Below, piece after piece: positions 50,168 through 62,336 of a stretch of 64,000 nucleotides of DNA. Position 1 is the first letter of the stretch, and the number at the start of each line of letters is the position of its first letter. The notes under the pieces were generated by a model, which saw only the letters and a list, made by a program, of their open reading frames with translations, was not told where the DNA came from and did not search any database. This DNA comes from Botryllus schlosseri (lineage: Eukaryota): contig CM119372.1 of the NCBI GenBank assembly GCA_051294905.1, forward strand, positions 24,244,001-24,308,000, read 5' to 3'. A program made the translations under genes and the position numbers.

Positions 50168-50749
50168 ATTATACGCATTTGATTGCAAAAGATATAGTTC
50201 GGGAATTACGATAGACATCCAAAATAGTTCTGCAACGGGAGTTGTAGCATAGAAAAGCAGAAGAAGAATAACGAAATTATATCATTATATGACATCCGAG
50301 GAGTTATGAGCAATCACACGATCATGCATATGGCAAATAGGTTGTCTTTGAAAAGACAAATTACGGTAAAACAATAAGAAAACTGAAGAATAGAAAAATC
50401 GAAGTAACAATATTTTAAAACAAAACAATAAAATATATGATATATCCTGACCATCTAATTTTATGAACCATGAATGTATTCAGCATTTTATCTTTTATGT
50501 TTCATCAGTGCACGAGTGCAGCAGCATTCAGGAAAACAGCTCTTATAATTCTGCGCTGTCAAACACGGATTTCGTACTGTCCACCAAATCACTAATGTTA
50601 TAATCAGGAAATCGCATACAATTTCGAGAAATGGAAGCATTGGTGCAGTGTTTCCGGCTACAACTGTTGCTTGCGAGGAGACGAGCAATTTCACGCGCTC
50701 CGTATTTTGATGCATAATGGGAAGTCGCGCAAGCTAGATCGATCATGTT

Positions 50750-53700
50750 TCAGGAGTCATGATCATCTTGTTCTTTTCTTCGTAACTCTCTAGAACGAAA
50801 ATAGCTATGTCAAAATGTGCGCATTGTCAGAATTTCTAGTTGTTCATAAATAGTTTGCGTTAATGGCTTCACAATATTGGAGCTAATTCATCAAATACGG
50901 ACTGAAATGACTCATACAAACCATGGGACTGATTTTGGAAGTTTATCATAAGTCAGCTCTAAAACATGTCATCAATGGTTTGCAGGGAAACTTGGCATTT
51001 AAAAAATGTTGCATAATTAGTAGCATTACATTTTGATAACACACAAAATAATCAATAACCTGTAAAACAGTGGTTGGCGCCAGTGCCCCTCCCTGGAGGA
51101 TGATATGGATTTCGACGGGGTGTAAACACTCAGTGGGAGATGGGGCGCACCGACTCGCTATTGGGGACGCTGAATAAAAATGGTGCAGCACTGAACCACT
51201 GCTCTAAAACATTCATTTGGTACCTGGCCCGCACTACGCCTTGTTCAGGTAACAATCACCGCTGGACGTACTTTTGGCCTAATTAAGATTAAAATCAATT
51301 GTTCGTTTCATGGCCAGGCGTAATGCGTGCGTAACGCATTAAAAAGACTGTGCTGCCTTGCAATAAATGAATTTCAGCTGCGCTATACTGCGGTAATTGG
51401 CACTCATCGCATAAAACGCACCATAGTTATACTGTTTATTGTGTCATAATCTAACAATAGGAATTGCAAACCTGTGTCGAAACTTAGCGAAGAATTGTAC
51501 GAATTAGCGGGAGTGCTTTACGATTATTTTTACTTTTTTGAGTGCCCGGCCATTTCGGCCATTTAAAGTGTTATAGGGATATCCAGTGTCGGAATAAAGC
51601 GGATTCGACTGTATATTCATAACAGTGAAGCAAAGGGTTGTTGCTATATGATTTTATTTTGAAGCTCGACTTCAAATTGTCTTTCGCACCAGATCTGCAA
51701 GAGTATTATATATCGTTTTATACTATATATCGTGACCAAAGGGAACCAAACAAATCTCTGCAGCTACAGCAGCAGGGTGCCAGAAGCAAGGTGCCGACAT
51801 CCAGTGCATCGCATGGGTAAGTGGAGTCCGTTTTGCATGAAATCTCATGGTAGCGTCCTATGCGATAATGTAAGAACTGTCTCGAAGATCAAAAGTCACT
51901 TGGTATTACTCATTCCATCAATTAAATGAGTAAATCTCAGTTAATTCCGCTTTAGGATGTAGAATGCAAAATAACACCCACCAGATGGCAGTATTCCATT
52001 CCAAAATGAGCTATTGTTTCAGAACTGTCGCAATATACTTACCTATCTTGAAAACCTTTGTCGAGTTCCTGCCAGGCATCTTTCACGAATCGATATGCTG
52101 AAATGAAGGGAGTCGTCAATATGAAAAATACATATTATTTCCAGAGGTGGTCAATGTAGTCAAGAAAGCTACTCAAGTAGAAGTAGAAGTAGCGGCGATA
52201 AAATCTACTCAAGTACGAGTAGAAGTACTTCTTGCATGAACAACCTAAAACTACTTGAAGTAGAAGTAGAATTGACTGACTTTAAATCTACTCAAGTAAG
52301 TAAGTAGTTGTGAAAACGATCGTAATTCGTTCGCATGAACTGTCAATAGCTGCAAATGGAGCTATGCTGAAGTGTAGAGAGCTTGATTCATATTGATGCT
52401 TCCCAGGAGGTGTCAATTTCTGACAGAATAAGCAGTCGTCCACATCATGGGATGTAAATGATAGTATTGATAAGTAAATGCGATGCTAATCCTTTGTTTA
52501 CTCGAACACTCCGTTTTAGAGAATATTATGGCATGGCGCCCTCCCCCATATTACAAGGCCCCTAGTTCAGTCGAAAGGCAATGCGGAGATGTAGTGTCGG
52601 ATACGGCTTTAACACTTTGCGCGATTAGTATACGTTAATTAAAAATATGGCAAATTGTAAAAATGCCATAGGGCGTATCGCTTTATTTTCGAAAAATATA
52701 AGGCATTACTACACTTGCTTTTATACTTCAACATGTTTGTTCTCCAGACAAAGAACTGAAACTTTAATTAGAACTCAACGTATAATACCTGTAATTGAAA
52801 GAAGAATACAAATACTACTTCAAAAAAGCAGAAAATATAGTTCATGTCTTTTGTCCAGAAAGTTTCAACGGCAGTCTGCTAAAACAGGTCTAACGTTAAA
52901 AAAAAGTCAAATTCCACTTTTTTAGATTAGGTGACGTCATGGGCTGTTAGGTATAATAGGTAATTGCTAAATTGCGAAACGGTAGTTTCAAACGTTATGG
53001 GGGCCATACTTACTGTGATAAAATGTTTGATATAGACGACAATGCGGTGTGAACGGAACCACGAAACCCGGTATCTTATTCAGCGATACTTTCGTTAAAG
53101 CATATTCGTCACTCCATATGTACCGTGCGCGAAGCGCAACGACAAATCTTGGTATTACATGACTTTTCTGAAAATTAAATGTTGGTACTACGTGAAAACA
53201 GCCCCGAAATTCCTCAGGCTATCTTTCTTATTGGGGCATTAAACTACTTCTACTTGAAAAACTGAAAATAGCGAAAAGTAAGTAAGTAGTTCACAAAATA
53301 TTACGAAGTAGAAGTAGAAGAACGGCGAAAAGATCTACTAGAGTAAGTACCATAAGTAGAGGAAAACTACTTGAGTACTTCCAAAAAGTAGAAGTACTTC
53401 GTTACTGACCACCTCTGATTATTTCGAGAGAATTGCGCAGACAATGAAGCGAGCTATCCGGTTTGATACGAATTCATATGACTGCGGATTATCAGTTTCA
53501 CACCAATCATTTCTTAATCCTGTTCAACTTCAACTTCAGATAGAATGGCCCAATTTAAATTAATTCGTAATGTACAAAATTTTAATAACAATTACGAATC
53601 AGGACTGCACGGTTTAACTGGATCTTATTTCCATATATGAATAACATATTGTAGAATGAAACAGATGAGAACGATTACATCAACGCCTCTGAACTCAAAA

Positions 53701-55148
53701 TAATAACTATATTTTGAAAAGGCTGGGCATAGACTAGCAAGCGCAATAGCGAAATGAGATAACACCATGGATAATTGGATACCGACCTCGAGCATGCGTA
53801 CATCAGTATTATCCACGTATTAGGTGTGTTTGGGGCTTGCCAAAGACTTGCAAATTAGCGTAAGGATTCGCCAGGTTAGGAAAACAATAAAAATCACCGT
53901 GCTAGCGTATAGCACCAATACTTACAGTGCCAAAGCTAACGACTTGTTTTCTAAAGCATCCCTGTATTGATTCGCAATAAGGCATAGTCGGAATATGATA
54001 TTCTGCATGGTATGACGTAGCCTCATCATAAATAGTCAAATATTTTAGATTTTGATATATGACTCTCGTCGTATCCGCTTATTTTAGTACACAATTATCT
54101 TGTCTTGCTAACTCACGGCTGCTTTCTTACTGGTTTGAACGTTGGTGCTAGTACGCATTTGAGAATCGATACATAATAATTGTATGACGTAAAAATAACA
54201 ATATTCAAGATCTGAACTAGGGAGGGTGTGAACCTTTGAAAGGTTCAGGTTCGTGTGAACGCGAACCTTTTTGAAAGGTTCTGTGTGATCGCGAACGAGA
54301 ACCTCATGACGTCACGTGACGTCATATTGCTAATTCCAACCTTACATTTCAGTGAAGTGACATATAATAATGTACACGATACCTAGCGGCCACTCGGGCC
54401 ACATAATGCCACAATACTGAAGTACATATTGATGTTTTAAACTTCGGCAGGTGTATCAACTGGGACAATCAAATGATAAAATAATCCCATAAAATCAATA
54501 TATTCCGTCGCTTTGGCAACAATATCGATGAGGACTTGGAAGGGAATATAAACTTACCGCTTAACGGTCTAGACCAGACCGAACAATATATTCGGCGTCT
54601 GAGCATTGCTACGTTGATAACGAGCAGAGAGTAAAACGGCTTTCTATACTTGCTACCGATATTACCCCATTAACAAGTTAGACAGCAGTAGTCAACATCT
54701 CGATCTCACGGATTTGGTTTTTATGATGCAATGAACATATGAAGTAAAGATTGACCCCGTACGACTGCTAGATATTTTACATCAGACGGCGATATCAATT
54801 ACATTGATTGGTTGAATAACCTCCATTCATTGACAACAAGTAGTGTTTTTCGCTCTTGGTGTTGTGTGATTGCGGGCCATGGGTGGCGAGTTAGCGCAGT
54901 GGTATAATCCGCGGCTGCAACACCAATGGATGCGGGTTCGAGTCCGACCGAGGTCGACTTCCGAATTCCGATATCTAAGTGTTGGAGGTTTACCTAGGCT
55001 CCTCCTCGCCACCTCATCCGCGTCAGCGGTGTCTTACAAAAGCCTAGAGGTGGGCCGTGCTATAAGTCGGCAGCTACGGAAAATAAGGAGAATATCGGCC
55101 TGGTGTAAATGACCATAGTAGTCGACAAACACCATGAATACCCCAAAA

Positions 55149-55182
<34 letters not shown>

Positions 55183-57650
55183 TTGCGGGCCATGAAGCTT
55201 ACATCAGAGAGTCACTAAATATTCACAAGCGGAAAGCTGGATATTTCGAGCAAACTTTTGTAACAGAGCAAGTAGAATTTTTGAGATTGTCAAGGTGCAT
55301 GGTCGTTTAGTGTTGATTTTTTTTTATGCCGCCAGCGCCATGCATAGAGTGGCCAGCGGTTGAAATGCAATAAATTTCAACCGAAGATGTCTTAATTAGG
55401 TGAAAATTGCAATATATGAAAAAGTATCACAGTGTAAAGTATCACGTTAACATCATCCCTAATCTGAACCAGTGGTCTCCAACCTTCTGGAACTTTGGTC
55501 ATCCTATAAAAGGGAGGGATAGATTCTGGCAACGTTTCGAATTTAACGGCATGAAACATTGACCTCGTGCAAGGTTCATGCTTGGACTGGAAGATTACCA
55601 TGGAATCATAGATTTGCACTGCCATAAAACCTGAAAGATTACCTGATTCAGATGACGATGCGTGTTTCATCACCTTAGCTCTCGTCACCTGCAGGTTAGG
55701 TCAGAAGATTCTACATATCCACAATTGAAGTAGGTATGAAAAGTACATAATAGTTACATCGGTAAAAGAAGGTATTTGCTCTCTACAGCACGTTAGCCGT
55801 GGCAAGTTCACGATTCAGTACTAGTAGCTCCCGGCGGAAGGAGTCGCAGAGTTGCTCATCACTTTCATTGTGCTCTTCGTGACTATGGTTATCGGATACT
55901 CATGCATTTGAATAATTCTACAGCTCGGGGCCTCCGTTTCGCCCGCTTTGATATTGCATTCGAGCTTGTACATTATATGCATATTTGTTCCAGATCCATT
56001 CAGGGAGAGATGTCGTATTTTGACGACCCTAACCCTTAAAACCATCGCCTCGTCTTCATAAATGATGAGTGGGATACTCCCATAAGAAATATGATCACTT
56101 GATCAGGCTGGACATCAACATCAACATTGTCTATTTCAACAAAGATACGGATAACGAGGATGATTATTAGCTTTTTAAAAAACTAATATATAATTACATC
56201 TCTCAAAAAATTAGTAGTGATGATTTTCGCATTAAAGGCTTTTTGCACCACGGCAATTGAGGTATCATAATTTATTTGATTTAGGAGCGTTTCCAATTAG
56301 GTAATTTATATAATATGACTGCGCAGTTCAATCTGACGCTTTGAGTCGCGCATAAATTCCAATCTATCGGCGATAATGTTGGCGTCAGTTAAAAGATTGG
56401 ATAGTTGGAAATAAACTGTGAGCTAACAATTACTCACTGAATAGAATTTCCAAAAGATAGTGACCACTTGATATCCTCTGGACTTCTTTCAATTTCTCCT
56501 CGCTCAGCATATCCTCTTTCCAACGGTATATCAGTGTAACTTTCTTTGAATTGGAGTTGACGAGAGACGCTATGTCGTCGAGTGAAGCAGGGAACCATAT
56601 TATGCAGCGGTTATATTCGATCTGTGGCGTACAGTATATACTTCGTGATGTGCAAGTATAGTCTAATTCGAAATGTTTCTCAGTACCTTTTCATCCTGAC
56701 ACGCTGTAACTATGTTTTTGAATTCGGCCGCATTCCGACAAAAGAACATTGAATGAATTTTGACGATAACACCAAAATTTGATATTTCGTTCCCGTGTTT
56801 TAAAATCTCATCATAGTTGCAAGTGTGCCCATGTACAGCGATATCTAAGACTTCAACCTAAAATATGTAAGATAGAGAAAACCAGGGTTGTAATGACTCG
56901 ACTCGAGTCGGGCTCGAGTCACGATTTTCAGATGACTCGAGTCATTTTCTCAAAATACGGAAATGACTTGACTCAACTCGAGTCAATCTGTGTATTGATT
57001 TGACTTGGACTCGAGTCATGCGCAATGACCAAGTCATATGACTTGAGACTCAGACGGACACGACATTTCATTGTAATTTCGAAAAATAGTAAAGTAACCA
57101 TACTATTGGGATTTCGTCTATTGGTACTGGTACTTGAAAATGCGATCAGAAACTGCCAAAAGTGAGGAAAATTAGTATATTATAATTGCAAACTATTCGA
57201 TATCATCAAACAGAGTTATAAAAAGTGGGTTTAACAAGACTTTAACTGGAAACTGAGCAGTCAACACAATGACTTGGACTCGGACTCGAGACATAATACC
57301 ATGCATGACTCGGACTCGACCCTTCACTCGCTGACTCGGACTCGGACTTGACTCGGTGGTGAATTGAAAATGACTCGACTTGACTCGAGTCAAAACTATA
57401 AAAGTGAGATTGACTTGTGACTCGGAGCCTTGTGACTTGGTTACAACCCTGGAGAAAACCAGGTAAATTCACTAATTCTCCACAAAAGTTTTGAAAAAAC
57501 TAATATTAAGCCCACTGACACAGAACATAAAATCATCAAAGTTACAATTAATCAACTGCAGAATCCGACCTGAAAATCCCTGATGCATTCTTCAATAAAC
57601 CGCCAATCGACGTTTTCCTCTTCTGTGCAATCAAGTACTATCTTACTGAT
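50750..57650 (-). CDS. Candidate 3' part of an unidentified spliced gene: exons 57570..57650, 56438..56621, 52043..52097, 50750..50789
   Basis: Four AG-bounded open segments with phase-compatible GT donors (0,1,2) giving ISKIVLDCTEEENVDWRFIEECIRDFQ|IEYNRCIIWFP...LLEILFT|YRFVKDAWQELDKGFQDR|ELRRKEQDDHDS*; no start exon or family recognised. Confidence 0.4.
52142..53417. mobile_element. hAT-type MITE (TIR CAGAGGTGGTCA, AAGTAG-rich subterminal repeats); family fragments also at ~740..866, ~20646..20835 and ~43240..43410
   Basis: Perfect TSD ATTATTTC. Confidence 0.9.
54218..55461. mobile_element. Same MITE family as 5625..7105, carrying the SINE 54882..55180
   Basis: TSD ATCTGAAC (54210..54217 / 55462..55469). 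Confidence 0.88.
54882..55180 (+). mobile_element. tRNA-derived SINE family 1, full length, young
   Basis: A box TAGCGCAGTGG, B box GGTTCGAGTCC, 31-nt poly(A), perfect 14-bp TSD GATTGCGGGCCATG (54868..54881 / 55181..55194). Confidence 0.93.
56883..57451. mobile_element. hAT-type MITE (TIR CAGGGTTGTAA, GACTCG repeats)
   Basis: Perfect TSD GAGAAAAC. Confidence 0.9.
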
Positions 57651-59364
57651 CTGAAAGCAGTTAACGTTTCATAATACAAAGATAAGCATAACCCAGATCC
57701 AAAATCATACATTGATGGGGCGAGCAACAATCCCGCATATCCGAGCTGACGAAACCATAATCATTAATCAGTTATATCAGCCATTAATTTTTACATCATA
57801 ACAACACGGCGTACAGACTGAACCACTGTTGATGCCGAAATATTATACAACACTCATTATATGGTCGGCGGTATTCTTATCTCAAGCACTAGACGCCTTT
57901 TTCGATGAAATATCGTTATTTTCGAAACAATGTGGGCATATGTAAATTGCAATCGCCAAAGAATCTCAAGTGGAAGTTTTGTGATACTGTTTACCAATAA
58001 CAGATACAATTGACTACTTCGCGTGGGGCTGGCCGTCATAATTACTTATGATTACGTGATTGGTGTCTTTTGTATGCAATTTTGTGTAAGCAGAACGATG
58101 AGTTGTGAAAAGGAAATTTGAATGCGTTCGATATGCTACGAGTGGCAAATTGCGCCGACTGAAAACAAGGATCTGCCTTTTCACAATTCTTACCGAATAG
58201 TGATTTTTATTAGAGATGATGTGAACGTGAAGTTCACGTTCGCGTTATGTGCGTGAACCCCAGAAATTTGGACGTTGGTGGGTTCTGCGTCGTGAACCTT
58301 TTTCATGTATCACAACTTCTCACATCATTATAATGTCTTTGATTAAAATTCTTTCCATCCAAACATCGGACCACTCTCTGCACGATGCTGGCATCGAGAA
58401 AATAAATCCAGCACCAAAGAAGCATAGACATTCCTCTTTCATAACTTGTATTTGCCTTGTTAGAAGAGTTTTCTCGAAATATTCAGCTTTCCGTTTGTGA
58501 ATATTTAGTGACATTGCGCATCTAGCTACACATCTAGTACATTACTGTTTATTACTGATGCACAAAATGCACTGTGGATCAACAAAGTCTTAAAACAATA
58601 TAAAAAACATCATAATATCATTTTCACACAAAATTAAACATAATGAATACATTTTGCAAATCAATGTGACTTCTGCCTTTTCCTTTCGGAGAACAATTAT
58701 GAAACGCATGGCTTCGCCTTAGAAGTGCCATCGTAATTTTAGGTTGAAACGATTGATTACAAATGAGCTAATATATATTGTAAGGTACTATCGGCATTTT
58801 GTAAGGAGGGCGTTTTTAATTTGAATCCCAAGTACCCTGCGTATACGCCACTGAACACGACGAGTCACGTCATCATATACTGATTGGGCTTGATTGCCTG
58901 CAGCAAATGATGGCCACGCCCGGAGTGTTACCACGAATCATATGCACGAGTTCAGTGTGTGTGACAGGCAAGATACAGCAGTAACAATACCAGTGCATGG
59001 CGGCTCGTGACAATATCGGGTGGTGGGGCAAGGGCTGCAAGCGACTTTTTATTAAGATGACGTCACAATGGCGTTTTCCAACGTAAACAAGTAACTTAAT
59101 GATGGTACGGTAACATGAATTTCCCGGCAACAGTGATTTTAACGCAGAGGTCTCAAACACGCGGCCCGTGAGAACATTTTGTGCGGCCCGCGACGGCATT
59201 TTGGATTTTTAAGTATTCGACAATTTATTCAACAGCCACATATCTTTGATTGATTTGGGAACTTAGAGTTCACTCAGATACTACTGCAAAAACCGGAAAT
59301 CTCATCAGAGCTCACTGTCACATCACTCTCAAAAGCTTTTATCTGGTGGAAGATCAGCTATTAG

Positions 59365-60362
59365 TAGGGATGGTGTGAACCTCTGAAAGGTTCAGGTTCG
59401 TGTGAACGCGAACCTTTTTGAAAGGTTCTGTGTGAACGCGAACGTGAACCTCGTGACGTCACGTGACGTCATATTGCTAATTCCAACCCTACATTTCAAT
59501 TAGGTGATAGCCTATATTAATGTACTTGTACACGATACCTAGCGACGACTCGGGCCACGTAATGAAACAATGCTTAAATACATATTGGCGTTTGAAACCT
59601 CGCTATATGTATCAACTGAGGCAGTCAAATGATATGATAGTCCCATAAAATCAATATCATCCGTCACTTTGCCGACAATTTCGGCGAGGAGTTGCCAGTG
59701 AATATAAGCTTAGGCCTTAACGGTCTTCGCCAGACCGGACAATGCATTCGGCGGCTGACTATTGCTATACATTGATATTGGGCAGAGCGTAAAACATGTT
59801 TCCATATTTGGCACCGATATTAGGTTACCCCACAAGTGATACAACTGTAGCTAACGCTTCAATCGCACGGATTTTGTTTTAATGATACAGTAAACATATG
59901 AAGTCAAGATTGACTGCTAGATTTATTACATCAAAAAGCGATATCAATCTCATTGATTGGTTGAATAAGCATCATTCGCTGACTACAGGTAGGCCTACTG
60001 CATGTCGCTCGTGATGTTGTGTGATTGCGGGTCAAGCTCACAGCAGAGAGTCACTAAATATTCATAAACGGGAAGCTGGATATTTCGTGCAAACTTTTGT
60101 AACAAAGCATGTAAAATCTTTGAGATTGTCAAGGTGCATGCTCGTTTTGTGTTGATTTTTTATGCTGCCAGCGTCATGCATAGAGTGGCCCGCAGTTGAA
60201 ATGCAATAAATTCGAACCAAAAATATTGAAGTGAAAATTGTAATATATGAAAAAGGTTCACAGTGCAGAACCTACCAAGGTTCTGTTGTGAACGCGAACC
60301 TATAAATTTCCGAGGTTCACACACAGAACGCGAACGTGAACCGCAAGTTCACACCATCCCTA
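59365..60362. mobile_element. Same MITE family, uninterrupted 998-bp copy (a partial copy lies at ~58215..58510)
   Basis: Perfect TIRs, TSD GCTATTAG (59357..59364 / 60363..60370). Confidence 0.93.
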
Positions 60363-60624
60363 GCTATTAGGTCACATTTCTAGTCCATGACGATAAAACA
60401 CGACATGTTGATGATTCGTGACTGAAAATTGTGATTGGGACTTGAGGCCAACAATTCGTAAAATGACTCGAGTTCGGACTGACTGGATTTTATAATATAA
60501 ATGACTCGAGTTAAGTTAAACGTTAAAATCACAGAAGGACTTGTGACTCGGAACGCCGTGACTAATTGGTACGACCACTTATGCAACAAACTATTAAACT
60601 ATCATGGGAAATAGTGGACTAATA

Positions 60625-61763
60625 TAGGGTTACCATATTTTTGTGAAGCAAATTCCGGACACTCTTTAGCGCCCACTAGTGGATTTTAGAATGGGGGTAG
60701 CACATTGTCCGTCAATATGACGTCACACTAGCAAAGCATTGCCCATCGACTGTATAATACACAGGAATGCAGTGGAACTAGTGGAACATAGGTCATGAAT
60801 TGGGCCATCTGTAATGTGCTCTCCGATGATTGCTACTTGCTAGGGTCTGCAATCGATTTCTTCACGGGCCGGATGAAATCGTCTGGTGGGCTGTGTCTGG
60901 CCTGTCGGGATTGTGCTCGACAGCCCTGCTATACTGTTTGGTTGGTGCGGCTATCTGGTAATGTGTTATAATCAGGTCCTAAACGACATTTTTCATGCCC
61001 CCTTCCACCCAAAAAAGCACTGATCTTGGGCCCACGGGTCCACGGGTCGATGTAACTTGTTAGGCACTTAGTATAGGTCTATGCATTTGGCTGTTAAATT
61101 TTATGCATTAATTCTGTCAATAATATTGATTCTTCGATATATTAGACTACTATAAAATGCAGCAGCAGGTTGCACATCTGGTGATTTCCAACCTTTTATG
61201 GTCGCGACCTCATTTCTCACTTGAAAATGTTCCGTGGCAAAGCTCAAAACTTGATAAGCTGATTACTAAAAAAAGTCAGCTTGCCCACACTTACTCACGG
61301 CCTAGGAAGCTGATAACGTCCAACATCATCACGATCCAGAGATAAAGGCGGACGACCCCAAGATTTGGAACCACTGTCTGTGATTGAAGCATCCAATCGG
61401 CCTTAACCAACTTGAGGAATATACCGTTAGCTTATAATTGCGATTACAATCAGACTTATTTCAGTAAATGATGGTTATTTATATTTATTTTGATTGCATT
61501 TTTTGGCGAGGGTGGTACCTGGTGCCCGTACTAATATCATTATACGTTGCATCAACTCGCGCGCGGCGCGAAGAACAATTTTGAATAGCATAAATCTGCT
61601 TGAAAATAATATTGTTTATGTTGATTTACGAAAAACTTTTGAGCCTGCTTCCAACCTTCAAAATTCCGGACATTTAGGCATATTTCAGAAATTCCTCCCG
61701 GACGCAGATTTTTCAGTGAAATTCCGGACATGTCCGGGAAATTCCGGACGTATGGCAACCCTA
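60625..61763. mobile_element. hAT-type element (TIR TAGGGTT(A/G)CCATA, TCCGGAC subterminal repeats)
   Basis: TSD GACTAATA (60617..60624 / 61764..61771). Confidence 0.88.
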
Positions 61764-61983
61764 GACTAATATATCAAAATGTCGTTACTTGCGTTACGTA
61801 GCGTGTATAGCTATCTGATCAAGTCAACATGGAATCCATTGGCATTCAGTCACCCCCGTTATGTATAGTTAGTTACACAACCTGGGTGATCTTTGGTCTC
61901 TTCATCCATATTATTATTGGCGGTGGCGAGTAAGGTAGTGGTACGCTCCAAAGCTGTAACTCCAAAGCTGCAACACCAATGGA

Positions 61984-62336
61984 GCTAATCCCAGATGGTC
62001 TAGGGGTCAGGATTCCTGGCTCTCACCCAGGCGGCCCGGGTTCGATTCCCGGTCTGGGAAAAGCCATTCTCCGTTGTGTGGCGAGATAGCGCAGTGGTAT
62101 AATCCGCGTCTACAACACCAATGGGTGCGGGATCGAGTCCGACCGAGGTCGACTTCGGAATTCCGATACCCAAGTGTTGGAGGTTTACCTAGGCTCCTCC
62201 TCGCCTTACCAAAAGCCTAGAGGTGGGCCGTGCTATAAGTCGGCAATTACGGAGAATAAGAAGAATATCGGCCTGGTGTAAATGACATAGTAGTCGACAA
62301 ACACCATGAATACCCCAAAACAAACAAACAAACAAA
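61984..62336 (+). mobile_element. Chimeric retroposon: tRNA-Glu gene + short linker + SINE family 1 + (CAAA)n tail
   Basis: TSD ACCAATGGA at 61975..61983 and 62337..62345; uninterrupted host sequence visible in the paralogous MITEs at ~27270..27300 and ~40755..40790. Confidence 0.85.
61989..62060 (+). tRNA. tRNA-Glu (anticodon CTC), intact cloverleaf, part of a retroposed tRNA-SINE chimera
   Basis: TCCCAGA acceptor pairs with TCTGGGA; anticodon stem CCTGG/CCAGG with loop CT-CTC-AC; T arm CCGGG TTCGATT CCCGG; 72 nt; no oligo-T terminator directly downstream. Confidence 0.92.

Noticed and set aside
50543..50746. ORF with ankyrin-like HYASKYGAREIARLL and a C-terminal SAEL
   Set aside because: Single partial match lacking TPLH, just downstream of the candidate gene's stop; not supportable without a search
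51692..51822. Possible plus-strand exon ending at G|GTAAGT
   Set aside because: Isolated, no phase-linked neighbours identified, and antisense to the better-supported minus-strand candidate
54884..54950. SINE heads (also 8518, 33651, 62078) as tRNA genes
   Set aside because: A and B boxes are present, but there is no complete cloverleaf and they continue into the SINE body and tail
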